Positions 1 through 9,708 of a stretch of DNA of 64,000 bases are shown piece by piece. Every line of letters begins with the position of its first letter. The stretch's first letter is position 1. The DNA comes from Vulcanimicrobiota bacterium (GTDB lineage: Bacteria; Vulcanimicrobiota; Vulcanimicrobiia; Eremiobacterales; Eremiobacteraceae), in contig CAWETU010000001.1 in assembly GCA_963812135.1 (NCBI GenBank), positions 352,001 through 416,000 of the forward strand, read 5' to 3'. The notes beneath the pieces are model-generated. The model was not told where the DNA came from. It searched no databases and was given only the letters and a program-made list of their open reading frames with translations. The translations under genes and the position numbers were made by a program.

Positions 1-2912
1 GCCATCAAAAAGTCGTCGCGCGGTTGCGCGATCTCGAGATCCTCTCGTTCGTGCGCAACACGCAGACGCGCCGCGCCGAGCGCACCGAACTGAGCAAGGC
101 CCTGAGCGCCGAGGAGTCCGAGCGCGCTGCCCTCGACGCGCGCCGCGCGACGCTCGAGGCGCAAGTGAGCAAAGCACGCCACGAAGAGTATCAAGCCACG
201 CTCGCGCTGGACGAGCGCAACTCGGCGCGCGCGCAAGCGGCGGCCGACATGCAAGAGACCGCGTCAGCGCTCGCCACCGCGCAAGCGCGATACGACGAAG
301 CCGGCCGCCGCTGCGAAGCGCTCGAGCGCGAAGTCGACGCCGCCGCGCGTGAAGTCGCGTCGGCAGAGGAGCACGTGGCCGCGCTAGTGGCGTCGCTCGC
401 CCACGCCCGCGAGCAGCGCGACGAGGCGATGCGGCTGGTCGATGAACGCGCGATCGCCGAACGCAGCGCCGCGGCGCAATGGGATCAAGCCTACAGCGCA
501 TTGCGCGCCGTGGAAGACCGGCGTGCGACGCTGGCCGCATCGGCAGCCGAAGTCGACGCGACGACGCAGGCCCATCTGACGCACAAAGAGCGGGTCGGCG
601 CGACGGCGCAGCGGCTGAGCGACGAGCTCTCGGCCGCTCGCAAACGGCTCGACGCCGAACAGAAGCGCGTCACCGGCCTCAAAGAGACGCACGCGGAGCT
701 CGAACGCTCGCTCGAACGCGCTGGAGCCGAGATCGCAAAAGCGAACGCGGTGCGCGATGCGGCAGGCGATGCGCTCGAACACGCCCGCGCTGACGTCGAG
801 CGCAAACGCGCTGCCGTCGTGGAGCACGCCGCGCGCGTCGCCGCGCTGAACGATATCACGACCGCCGGCCACGACATGCCAGCGGCGGTTCGAAGCGTGC
901 TCGACGCGAGCGCCGCCGGAACGCTGGACGGGATCGCCGGCGTCGTCGCCGCGCAAATCGAGACCGACGCGGCGTACGCGCGGGCGATCGACGTCGCCCT
1001 CGGCGCGACCGCGCACGCGGTGATCACGCGGACGGCGGCGCACGCGCACGCGGCCATCGAGCATCTCAAACGTTCCAAAGGCGGCACCGCGACGTTCCTG
1101 CCGCTCGATGAAGTGCGCCAGCAAGAACTGCCGCTGCTCGTCGATGTCGGCCGGCGCGACGGCGTCATCGGACACGCGCGCGAGCTCGTGCGCTGCGCCG
1201 ACGAGATCCGGCCTGCTGTCGAATACGCGCTGGCCAGCATAATCGTCGTGGATTCGCTGCGCACCGCGCAGCGCTTGGCGCGCGAGTTCTCGCACGCGAC
1301 CGTCGTCACGCTCGCCGGCGAAGTCGCGCGCGCCGCATCCATCACCGGCGGCAGCAGCGATGACGAGCGCGGTCCGCTCGCCCGCCGCGTCGCGCTCGGG
1401 CAGCTGGAAGCCGAGCTCGCTCGCGCGCGCGCCGCCGCGCAGGCATCCGAACAAGCGCTTGCGGCGGCGCGCACGGGGCACGACAACGCGACCGCCGCGG
1501 CGGAGCGTGCCGCTCGCGCCCGCGATGAGGCGCAGGGCCGCAGGCTCGACGCGCTCGTCGCGACCGAGCGCAGCGGCGCGGAGATCGGCGGTCTCGAGCG
1601 CCACATCGCGTCGCTGGAGAAGGAGCACGACGAAGCTCGGCGCGCGCTCGAGAACATCGCGGCACAATGGCGGACGCACGACGAGCGCACGGCCCAAGGA
1701 CACGCCGCGATCGGGGCGCTCGAAGACGAACGGCGCGCCGCCGCAGGCTCGTCAGACGAACTACAGGCCGCGCTGAACGAGCTGCGCGAGCAGCATCGCG
1801 CGGCGGCGGCGAACGCGGCCGCGCTGGTCGAGCGCGTCGCACAGGCCAGCGACGATGTCGAACGCGCGCGAGCGCGCGTGATCGAGCGCCGCGATGCCCA
1901 CGCCGCGAGGCTCGAGGCCGTCACCGCAGCGCGCGCCCAGCGCGAAGAGGCACAACGCACGCTCGAGACGTCGAACGAACGACGCGAGCTCTCCGGAGCA
2001 GCGCTCCTGGCGACCGAACGCGAGGCCGAAGAGCTGCGCGCCAAGCGAGACGCGCTCGTCGGCGAAGCGCGCGAGCTCGAAGAGCGGCTCAACGCGGAAC
2101 AATCGCACAACAAGGAGCGCTCGCTGGAGCTCGAACGCCACCGGATCCGGCTCGCGGAGATCGATGCGGAGCTGGCGGTCCTGCAGCAGCAATTCGCGCA
2201 AAACCCCGCTACGCCGCAGGAATGCGACGACGTCGACGCGCGTTACGCCTCGTACGAAGGCGATGCGGATTCGGAGATCCGGCGTTTGCGCGACGAATTG
2301 GCCCGCCTCGGCGGCGTCAACCTCAACGCGCTCGAAGATCAAGCCGCCTTGCTCGAGCGTCGCGACTTCCTCCGCCAACAACTGGCCGACCTCGAACGCG
2401 CGCGAGCGAGTATCCTCGGCGTGATCGGGGAGATCGATGCGGAATCCGTCCGCCAGTTCAACGCGGTGTTCGAAAAGGTCTCGGTCGCGTTCTCCGAGAT
2501 GTTCGGCCGGCTGTTCGCAGGCGGCGTCGGCAAGATATGGCTCGCCGACTCCGACGACCCCGCCCAGGCCGGCGTCGAGATCGCCGCGCAGCCGCCCGGC
2601 AAGAAGATGCAAAGCCTCAACGCGCTGTCCGGCGGCGAGCGCGCGCTCACCGCGGTCGCGCTCATCTTCGCGATCCTGCGCGTGCGCCCGAGCCCGTTCT
2701 ACATCTTTGACGAGATCGACGCTGCGCTGGACGAGGCGAACATCGGCCGTTTCGGCGCCGTTCTCGCCGAGTTCGCCGACCGCGCGCAAATCGTGATCAT
2801 CACGCACAACAAGGCGACGATGACGCTCGCCGACCGCATCTACGGCGTCACGATGGGCGAACCGGGCGTCTCGAACCTGCTCTCGCTCGCGCTGGAGCAG
2901 GTGGGTGCCTAG
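1..2912 (+). CDS. smc: Chromosome segregation protein SMC (5' part outside window)
   Basis: Frame is open from base 3. Long coiled coils, hinge (GGTATFLPLD), ABC signature LSGGERAL, Walker B FYIFDEIDAALD, H-loop IITH. Confidence 0.96.
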   Translation, partial: HQKVVARLRDLEILSFVRNTQTRRAERTELSKALSAEESERAALDARRATLEAQVSKARHEEYQATLALDERNSARAQAAADMQETASALATAQARYDEAGRRCEALEREVDAAAREVASAEEHVAALVASLAHAREQRDEAMRLVDERAIAERSAAAQWDQAYSALRAVEDRRATLAASAAEVDATTQAHLTHKERVGATAQRLSDELSAARKRLDAEQKRVTGLKETHAELERSLERAGAEIAKANAVRDAAGDALEHARADVERKRAAVVEHAARVAALNDITTAGHDMPAAVRSVLDASAAGTLDGIAGVVAAQIETDAAYARAIDVALGATAHAVITRTAAHAHAAIEHLKRSKGGTATFLPLDEVRQQELPLLVDVGRRDGVIGHARELVRCADEIRPAVEYALASIIVVDSLRTAQRLAREFSHATVVTLAGEVARAASITGGSSDDERGPLARRVALGQLEAELARARAAAQASEQALAAARTGHDNATAAAERAARARDEAQGRRLDALVATERSGAEIGGLERHIASLEKEHDEARRALENIAAQWRTHDERTAQGHAAIGALEDERRAAAGSSDELQAALNELREQHRAAAANAAALVERVAQASDDVERARARVIERRDAHAARLEAVTAARAQREEAQRTLETSNERRELSGAALLATEREAEELRAKRDALVGEARELEERLNAEQSHNKERSLELERHRIRLAEIDAELAVLQQQFAQNPATPQECDDVDARYASYEGDADSEIRRLRDELARLGGVNLNALEDQAALLERRDFLRQQLADLERARASILGVIGEIDAESVRQFNAVFEKVSVAFSEMFGRLFAGGVGKIWLADSDDPAQAGVEIAAQPPGKKMQSLNALSGGERALTAVALIFAILRVRPSPFYIFDEIDAALDEANIGRFGAVLAEFADRAQIVIITHNKATMTLADRIYGVTMGEPGVSNLLSLALEQVGA

Positions 2913-4479
2913 CGCCCCGAATCCGGCCGCGCTATTCTCGCTATCGGACCGCACCGGTCTCGAGCCGCTGGCTCGCGCGCTCGTCGCGCGCGGCTTTCAC
3001 CTCGTCGCCACGACCGGCACCGCGAAAGCGTTGCGCGATGTGGCAATTCCGGTTGAAGAAGTCAGTGAGGTCACCGGATATCCGCCGTTGCTCGACGGTC
3101 GCGTCAAAACGCTGCATCCCAAGATCATGGCAGGCATCCTCGCGGATGAGAACGAGCCCACGCACATTGCCGAGCTTCACGCGCACGGCATCGCGCCGTT
3201 CAAGGTCGTCGCCGTCAACCTCTATCCGTTCGAGCGCGAGGTCGCGCGGCAGGGCGCGACCGAGTCCGATATCGTCGAGCAGATCGACATCGGTGGCGTC
3301 ACGCTGTTGCGCGCCGCCGCGAAGAACTTCGGCAGCGTCAGCGTGCTGACCGATGTCGCGAGCTTCGAGCAATTCCTCGAGGCGCTCGAACGCGGCGGTC
3401 CGTCACTGGAAGAGCGCCGCCGCTGGGCCGCTGCGGCCTTCGCGCGCTGCGAACAGTACGACGCGGCGATCGCCCGCTATTTCACGTCGGCGACGGGCGA
3501 TAACGAGCTGCCGGACACCCTGCACGTCGACCTGCCGATGGCGAGCCGCTTGCGATATGGTGAGAATCCGTGGGCGCGCGCCGCGTTCTACGCGGGCCGC
3601 GCCGTGCAGATCCCCACGCAGCTCTCCGGCAAAACGCTGTCGTACAACAATCTGCTCGACGTCGACTCGTGCCTCCGGCTGCTGGCGCCGCTCGACGAGC
3701 CGCGCGGTTTTCCCGCGAACGCGCGCTCGGCGCGACGCGCGATAGCCGCCATCGTCAAGCATACGGTGCCATGCGGCGTCGCGGCGCGCAGCTCATCGGC
3801 GGAGGCGCTCGCCGCGGCGCTCGGCGCCGATCCGATCTCCGCGTTCGGCGGTATCGTCGCGAGCAGCGCGCCGATCGACATCGCCGCTGCCGAGCTGTTG
3901 CACTCGCGCTTCGTCGAAGTGGTCGCGGCGCCGACGTTCGAACCCGACGCGCTCGAGCTGCTGAAGCAGAAGAAGAACTTGCGATTGCTGACGTTCGACC
4001 GCGATCTGCCGAGCCGGTTATTGACCACCGCCAAGGTGCGCTCGGCGCTGGGCGGCGTGTTGCTCGAGTATCCAGACCCTGCGGCGGAGCCCGACGAGTG
4101 GCGCGTCGTCACGACCCGCCAACCAACCGAAGCGCAGTGGCGCGATCTGCTGTTCGGTTTCGGCGTCGTGCGTCAGATCAAGTCAAACGCTGCCGTCGTC
4201 GTCGCCGACGAGCTGACGCTCGGCGTATGCGGCGGCCAGACGAACCGCGTCGCCGCGGTAGAACTCGCCTGCCAGCGCGCGGGCGATGCGGTCAAGGGCG
4301 CGGTCCTTGCAACCGACGGATTCTTCCCGTTCGCCGACGGCGTCGAAGCCGCGGCGCGCGCCGGCATCGCAGCGGTCGTGGCGCCGAGCGGCTCGATCCG
4401 AGACGCAGAGGTGGTCGCAGCCGCGCAGGCAGCGGGCATCGCGCTCGTCTTCACGACGCGCCGCTACTTCCTACATTAG
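2905..4479 (+). CDS. purH: Bifunctional AICAR transformylase/IMP cyclohydrolase
   Basis: GRVKTLHPKI, VNLYPF, EQIDIGGVTLLRAAAKN, LRYGENP, LSYNNLLD, DGFFPF motifs. Confidence 0.96.
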   Translation: MPSAPNPAALFSLSDRTGLEPLARALVARGFHLVATTGTAKALRDVAIPVEEVSEVTGYPPLLDGRVKTLHPKIMAGILADENEPTHIAELHAHGIAPFKVVAVNLYPFEREVARQGATESDIVEQIDIGGVTLLRAAAKNFGSVSVLTDVASFEQFLEALERGGPSLEERRRWAAAAFARCEQYDAAIARYFTSATGDNELPDTLHVDLPMASRLRYGENPWARAAFYAGRAVQIPTQLSGKTLSYNNLLDVDSCLRLLAPLDEPRGFPANARSARRAIAAIVKHTVPCGVAARSSSAEALAAALGADPISAFGGIVASSAPIDIAAAELLHSRFVEVVAAPTFEPDALELLKQKKNLRLLTFDRDLPSRLLTTAKVRSALGGVLLEYPDPAAEPDEWRVVTTRQPTEAQWRDLLFGFGVVRQIKSNAAVVVADELTLGVCGGQTNRVAAVELACQRAGDAVKGAVLATDGFFPFADGVEAAARAGIAAVVAPSGSIRDAEVVAAAQAAGIALVFTTRRYFLH

Positions 4480-4510
4480 TAATGTAGCGGTCGAATTTGT
4501 TCGACCGATT

Positions 4511-4846
4511 TTACGCAGGCGCGAGCGTGACCGCCGTGCCGTAGCAGAGGACCTCGGTGACGCCGGGACCGATCTCGGTGGCGTCGTAGCGCATGCTGAT
4601 GATGCCGTTCGCGCCGATCTGGTCGGCGTGGCGGATCATCAGCTCGTAGGATTCCATGCGCACTTTTTCGCACAACTCGGTATACAGCGTGATGTTGCCG
4701 CCGACGAGCTGCTGCAGGCTCGCACCCATGCTGCCGAAAATGCTGCGCGAGCGGACGACGATGCCGCGCACGATGCCGAAATTCTTCGCGACCTTGTAAC
4801 CGGGCAGTTCGAGAGCGGTGGTCACGAGCGAATGGTCGAATGCCAT
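4511..4846 (-). CDS. YbjQ/UPF0145 putative heavy-metal-binding protein
   Basis: [12 protein letters not shown]...[15 protein letters not shown]...EVLCYGTAV pattern. GGAGG RBS upstream. Confidence 0.9.
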   Translation of the reverse strand: MAFDHSLVTTALELPGYKVAKNFGIVRGIVVRSRSIFGSMGASLQQLVGGNITLYTELCEKVRMESYELMIRHADQIGANGIISMRYDATEIGPGVTEVLCYGTAVTLAPA

Positions 4847-4881
4847 GAGCGTCCTCCATCGATATTGTGAGAAAGGTTTGA

Positions 4882-5354
4882 ATGCTCGGGGTTAACGCGC
4901 CAGCGCCATCAATCCCTGTTCCCGATCAGACGGGCACGCCTCGAAGCGTCGCGGAGTTCAAAGGTTCGTGGCTGGTGCTGTGGTTCTATCCGAAAGATCA
5001 CACCAGCGGCTGAACGAACGAGGCGTCGCAGTTCCGCGACGCGTACGCGGAGTTCACCGCCGCCGGCGCACAGATCGTCGGCGTGAGCCGCGATTCAGTG
5101 CAGTCACACGAGTCGTTCGCGCGCGAGCTCGGCTTGCCGTTTCCCGCTGCTCGCCGATACGGACGAGAAATTGTGCAACGCATACGGCACGCTCGTCGAA
5201 CGCGTCGCGGAGGACGGCACGAAATCGATGGGCCTACAGCGCTCGACGTTTCTGATCGATCCGCAGCGGCGTGATCCGTCACGTGTGGCCCAAGGTGTCG
5301 GTGCCCGGCCACGTCGTGGACGTGCTCGCGACCTTGATGGGTCTCATGGGATAG
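4882..5354 (+). CDS. bcp: Peroxiredoxin BCP/PrxQ with in-frame TGA at the peroxidatic Cys (probable selenocysteine); two apparent +1 indels near 5145 and 5264
   Basis: ATG 4882 after GAAAGG. Reads [23 protein letters not shown] (family FYPKxxTPGCTxEACxFRD), then [54 protein letters not shown] 5352-5354. Confidence 0.85.
5011..5047 (+). promoter_or_regulatory. Candidate bacterial SECIS element
   Basis: TGA at 5011-5013. Perfect 7-bp stem GCGTCGC (5023-5029)/GCGACGC (5036-5042) with loop AGTTCC (G at loop position 2), 16 nt from the UGA to the loop. Confidence 0.65.
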
Positions 5355-5925
5355 CCATCGCGCCGATCGCATCGACGCGCGCGTCATCCAGCGAATAGCG
5401 CAGCTCTCCGCCCGCGAGCACAGCGTGAACGACTCCGTGCACCGAAACGGGTTGTCCGGCGCGCAGCGCAGACCGAGATCCACGCACGTCGAAACCGACA
5501 TCCACCGCATCTGCGGCGCAACATGCCATCACGCGGCGTGAGACGGTTGCGGCATGTCCATGTGAGGGCGGCGTCCATACACCCGACACGCTGACGGAGT
5601 GGCCCAACACCGCGCGAGGATCGTCGTCGAGCCGATCGAGCAGCGCGAAAAGATCTCCGTCATGCGCGCCGCCCGGCGAATGCGTCGCGACTGCGCCGAC
5701 CGGCAGCGATCCAGGAAGCGCGAGTCCAAGCGCGATACCGATCGGCAACGCGCCGGCCAACGCCGGCGTCAGGCGAATGCGTTTCACCGCGAGCACGAGC
5801 ATGGCGATGCCGAAGCTCGCGACGACGATCGGAGGCAATGCGACGAGCGTGCGTGATGCGCCCGTCGCGAACACCGTGAGCGCCAGCCCTGCGAGCGCTC
5901 CTAGCAGCGCACGGTCGCGGGTCAT
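5344..5925 (-). CDS. DUF1980/TIGR03943 (YcgQ-like) membrane protein
   Basis: N-terminal TM helices then RRVMACCAADA motif. ATGA overlap with the upstream permease. Confidence 0.75.
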   Translation of the reverse strand: MTRDRALLGALAGLALTVFATGASRTLVALPPIVVASFGIAMLVLAVKRIRLTPALAGALPIGIALGLALPGSLPVGAVATHSPGGAHDGDLFALLDRLDDDPRAVLGHSVSVSGVWTPPSHGHAATVSRRVMACCAADAVDVGFDVRGSRSALRAGQPVSVHGVVHAVLAGGELRYSLDDARVDAIGAMAIP

Positions 5926-6779
5926 GCGCACAACGCCGCGGTCGCACAGCCGGCGGCTCCGGCGAACCATGCGAGCAGCGCGCGAGGCGTGCCGTAATGG
6001 CGGCGCAAGAGCGCGAATTGTCGCGCGTCAAGCGACTGCGATGCGATCAGGAACGCGGCTTGCGCGGGCGCGGATGCGCCGATGACCTTCGCGAGGATCG
6101 CGTCGGCGGTCGAGCACGGCGACAGCAGCGCGCCGACCACCGCGCAGACAAGCGGCGTCGCGTGCGCGCGGACGATGTCAGGGAGCAACACGAGCGCGAG
6201 GGAAGCGAGGATCGCAGCAGGCAACAGCAGGCGCACGGCCGTCGCGACCTGTGCGGCGAGTCCATCGTCAGCATGACACACCGCCTGTGGCTCGTCCGGC
6301 GCCGTTCGCACGGCGATGATCGCCCACAGCGCAGCCACCGCGAGCGAGGCGGTCAGTGCGCCCGCCATCCGGGCTGCGAGGACGTGGCGTCCGAGCACAC
6401 TGGCCGTCGCTACCAGGGCGATGGGATTGCACGCGGCGCCCCACGTCAAGGCGAAGCCGGCGACCGGCGGCGGGCAGCGACGCAACGCTCGCGCGAAACC
6501 GTTCAGGCTGCAATCGCAACCAGGCGTCAGCGCGGCGACACACGCGGCGAACGCGCTACCATGAGCGATGCGCGAGATCCACGCCGCTGCGAACGCGCCG
6601 ACGAGTACGAAGGGGCCGGCTTCGAGCACGATCGACGCGGCATACACGAAGATGCGGTATGCGGCATCGCACGCGGCCGAGGCATGGGGCGCGAGCATCG
6701 CAGGACTGCAGAGCGCGCCGGCGAGTGCGCACGCGCCCGTCGCGACGAGTCGAAAGGAGGGTTGCCGGGGGTGGTTCAC
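5922..6779 (-). CDS. DUF318/ArsP-like (YcgR-like) permease
   Basis: SIVLEAGPFVLVG, PGCDCS, NPIAL, SPCSTADA; polytopic. Paired with the DUF1980 gene. Confidence 0.75.
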   Translation of the reverse strand: MNHPRQPSFRLVATGACALAGALCSPAMLAPHASAACDAAYRIFVYAASIVLEAGPFVLVGAFAAAWISRIAHGSAFAACVAALTPGCDCSLNGFARALRRCPPPVAGFALTWGAACNPIALVATASVLGRHVLAARMAGALTASLAVAALWAIIAVRTAPDEPQAVCHADDGLAAQVATAVRLLLPAAILASLALVLLPDIVRAHATPLVCAVVGALLSPCSTADAILAKVIGASAPAQAAFLIASQSLDARQFALLRRHYGTPRALLAWFAGAAGCATAALCA

Positions 6780-6793
6780 CTATCGAACCCATT

Positions 6794-8095
6794 GTGAAGC
6801 ATGCAGCCGCGCCGCGCGGAACTTTTGACGTACTTCCCACCAACGCGCGCCGCTGGCAAGCCCTCGAACGGATCGTCGATGAAGTGTGTGGCCGGTTCGG
6901 CTACGGGGAGATCCGCACGCCGATCTTCGAAAGCACCGAGGTCTTCGTGCGCACGATCGGCGAGGGCACCGACATCGTCGATAAGGAGATGTACACGTTC
7001 ACCGATCGCGGCGACCGCAGCATCACGCTGCGGCCGGAGTTCACCGCGCCGGTCGTGCGCGCCGTGCTCGAGCACAACCTGCTGCAGACGCTGCCGTTAA
7101 AGCTCTACTATCGAGGTCCTATCTTCCGATACGAACGCCCGCAGCGCGGACGTTATCGCCAGTCGCACCAGTGGGGCGTCGAGTGCTTCGGCGTCGAGGG
7201 GCCGGAAGCGGATGCCGAAGTCATCGCGCTTGGGATCGAAGTGTTGCGCGCAGCCGGCATCACCGACCATAAGCTCGAGATCAATTCGATGGGCTGCGAA
7301 TGGTGTCGCGCCGAATATCGCGCGGCGCTGGTCGCCTATCTCAAGGGACGAGGCGATGACCTGAGCGCGACGAGCCGGGAGCGCCTCGAGCGCAATCCGC
7401 TGCGCATCTTGGACTCAAAAGACGAAGGCGATCGGCGCGTGCTCGCATCCGCGCCGACCATCGACAGCTACTGGTGCGAGGCGTGCCGCGCGCATCTCGC
7501 GAGCGTGCGCGAGCTGCTCGACGCGATGGGCATCCAGAGCGAGCTGAACACGCACATCGTCCGGGGCTTCGACTATTACACGCGCACTGTGTTCGAGATC
7601 AGTTCGACGGCGTTGGGCTCGCAGAACGCCATTTGCGGCGGCGGGCGCTACGATCGGCTCGTCAAGGATATGGGCGGGCCTAGCACGCCCGCGGTCGGCC
7701 TCGCGATGGGCATCGATCGCCTGCTCATGCTGGTCGACGAGGGCAAAAGCACGAAGCTCGACGGGGCGCCGCACGTGCACGTCGCGTTCATCGCGCTGGA
7801 ACCCGAGGACGTGCTGACGCTCGTGCCGGTGATGCAAGGCTTGCGCGAGCGCGGCATCGGCGCCGACATGGACTACACGCGCCGCAAGTTGGAGAAGCAG
7901 ATCAAAGCCGCAGCCGAGAGCGGCGCGAGATTCGCTGTCATCGTCGGGGGCGATGAGCGCGCATCCGGCGAAGCTACCATCCAAGACCTGCAGACGCGGG
8001 AACGCCGCCGCGTGAAGCTCGCCGACGTCGGCGATGCGATCGCGGCCGCCTCGCACGCCGGCGCCGGCATGGAGCACGCGCATGGATCTGAATAA
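6794..8095 (+). CDS. hisS: Histidine--tRNA ligase
   Basis: PRGTFD, TPIFE, LRPEFTA, FRYERPQRGRYRQ, VRGFDYY, GGGRYD. GTG start 6794. Confidence 0.97.
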   Translation: MKHAAAPRGTFDVLPTNARRWQALERIVDEVCGRFGYGEIRTPIFESTEVFVRTIGEGTDIVDKEMYTFTDRGDRSITLRPEFTAPVVRAVLEHNLLQTLPLKLYYRGPIFRYERPQRGRYRQSHQWGVECFGVEGPEADAEVIALGIEVLRAAGITDHKLEINSMGCEWCRAEYRAALVAYLKGRGDDLSATSRERLERNPLRILDSKDEGDRRVLASAPTIDSYWCEACRAHLASVRELLDAMGIQSELNTHIVRGFDYYTRTVFEISSTALGSQNAICGGGRYDRLVKDMGGPSTPAVGLAMGIDRLLMLVDEGKSTKLDGAPHVHVAFIALEPEDVLTLVPVMQGLRERGIGADMDYTRRKLEKQIKAAAESGARFAVIVGGDERASGEATIQDLQTRERRRVKLADVGDAIAAASHAGAGMEHAHGSE

Positions 8096-8543
8096 GAAGG
8101 TCCTCGATCAACTCGTCGAGCTCATGCAGCGCGACGGGTTGGACCGGTTGCGCGTCCGCGTCGGCGATCTCGACGTCGACTTGCGCATGACGTCGCCGCG
8201 CCACGCCGACGGCGTCGCACCAAGCGCGACCGCTCCCTCGACAGCCGCCGTGTCCGCCGCAAGTTCGGCGCCGATCGCACCTAAGCCCGACGAAGCGCCG
8301 CCGAACGTCAAAAAAGTGCTCGCGCCGCTGGTCGGCGTCTTCTACCGCTCGCCCGCACCGAATGCGCCGCACTTCGTCGAAGTCGGCGACACGGTCACCG
8401 AAGGGCAGGTTTTGTGCATCCTGGAAGCGATGAAATTGATGAATGAAATCGTCAGCGAATACGACGGTAAGATCGTCAAGATCTGCGCGAAGGATGCGGA
8501 GCTCGCGTCGCTTCATCAGGAGTTGTTTTGGATCGAAACGTGA
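8082..8543 (+). CDS. accB: Acetyl-CoA carboxylase biotin carboxyl carrier protein
   Basis: APLVGVFYRSP, biotinylation motif EAMKLMNEI, Ala/Pro linker. Confidence 0.95.
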   Translation: MDLNKKVLDQLVELMQRDGLDRLRVRVGDLDVDLRMTSPRHADGVAPSATAPSTAAVSAASSAPIAPKPDEAPPNVKKVLAPLVGVFYRSPAPNAPHFVEVGDTVTEGQVLCILEAMKLMNEIVSEYDGKIVKICAKDAELASLHQELFWIET

Positions 8544-9121
8544 GCGCGCCGTCGAAGCGCAAGCGCTTCGCCGACTGCATGGCCGAGCGGTCCGATCTGT
8601 GGCGGGGCGCCGATTACGAACCATCCGTCACCGCAGCAGTCGCGGCGATCGTCCGCTGCATCCGCGCCGGAGGGCGCGTGTTTTTTTTCGGCAACGGCGG
8701 TAGCGCCGCGCAAGCGCAGCACCTCGCGGCGGAGCTCACCGGGCGTTTCTTGCTGGATCGCCCCAGTTATGGCGGCATCGCTTTGTCGGTCGACACGTCG
8801 GCGATCACCGCGATCGCCAACGACTACGGTTTCGAGCGCATCTTCGCGCGCCAACTCGAAGGCCTCGCGCGAGACGGCGACGTCGCGGTCGGCATCACGA
8901 CGTCGGGCAAGTCGCCCAACGTCATCGAGGGACTGAAGACCGCGCGCGCATTGGGCGCCGTCACGATCGCGTTCACCGGCAACGGCGGCGGCCCGGTCGT
9001 GGAGTTCGCTGACGTCGCGATCGTGGGTCCGCACGGCCCGTCGTGGAAAGTGCAGGAAGTGCAGTTCGCGCTCGGCCACATCGTCTGCGAATTGGCGGAG
9101 CTCGAGCTGGCGCAATCATGA
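8540..9121 (+). CDS. gmhA: Phosphoheptose (sedoheptulose-7-phosphate) isomerase
   Basis: GNGGSAAQAQHLAAEL, TAIANDYG, TTSGKSPNV, VQE. GTGA overlap. Confidence 0.93.
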   Translation: MSAPSKRKRFADCMAERSDLWRGADYEPSVTAAVAAIVRCIRAGGRVFFFGNGGSAAQAQHLAAELTGRFLLDRPSYGGIALSVDTSAITAIANDYGFERIFARQLEGLARDGDVAVGITTSGKSPNVIEGLKTARALGAVTIAFTGNGGGPVVEFADVAIVGPHGPSWKVQEVQFALGHIVCELAELELAQS

Positions 9122-9708
9122 AGGCCGTCTTCGTCGATCGCGACGGCACGCTCAACGTCAATACCGGCTACGTCGGCGATCCCGCAGACGTCAAGCTCGT
9201 GCCGGGCGCTGCGGAAGGCGTGCGGCTGCTCGCCGATGCGGGCTACGCGATCGTCGTCGTCTCGAACCAATCCGGCATCGCACGAGGTTATTTCACGCCT
9301 GCTGCCGCCGAAGCGGTCGATGCCCGCATCCGCGAGCTGCTCGCCGCGTCGGGCGCGACGATCACTGCGTCGTATCGCTGTCCGCACTGGCCCGAGGAAA
9401 ATCGGCCGAGCGATGTTGCCGCGTGCGATTGCCGCAAGCCGAAGCCCGGCATGCTGCTACAGGCAGCGGCCGACCTCGGAATCGATCTCTCGCGCTCCTG
9501 GATGATCGGCGACCGCCTGCTCGACATGCAAGCCGGCCGCGCGGCGGGGTGCCGCTGCGTGCTGGTCGCCGGCGTGCCGGCGCACGAGCCGCCCGAGGAT
9601 TTTTCCAGCGCGCCGCCGCTCTATCGCGCACGCGATCTCGCCGACGCAGCTCGTTTCATACTGACATCCGCGGACGCGCCTGCCGCGCGCGCAGCCGGAT
9701 CGCGATGA
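9118..9708 (+). CDS. gmhB: D,D-heptose 1,7-bisphosphate phosphatase (HAD)
   Basis: FVDRDGTLN, SNQSGIARG, CPH...CDCRKPKPGM, MIGDR. Confidence 0.93.
   Translation: MKAVFVDRDGTLNVNTGYVGDPADVKLVPGAAEGVRLLADAGYAIVVVSNQSGIARGYFTPAAAEAVDARIRELLAASGATITASYRCPHWPEENRPSDVAACDCRKPKPGMLLQAAADLGIDLSRSWMIGDRLLDMQAGRAAGCRCVLVAGVPAHEPPEDFSSAPPLYRARDLADAARFILTSADAPAARAAGSR

Noticed and set aside
384..2954. Long antisense and alternate-frame ORFs over smc, and similar ones throughout (e.g. 40425-42347, 30845-32377, 25899-27482)
   Set aside because: Shadow ORFs from high GC and codon bias. They overlap well-supported genes and lack family motifs.
5140..5270. Programmed frameshifting in bcp, atpF or the LptA-repeat gene
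   Set aside because: No slippery heptamer or stimulatory structure seen. Multiple scattered indels fit assembly error better.
4968..5510. Five short ORFs called in this interval
   Set aside because: Fragments or shadows of the TGA-containing, frameshifted bcp gene.
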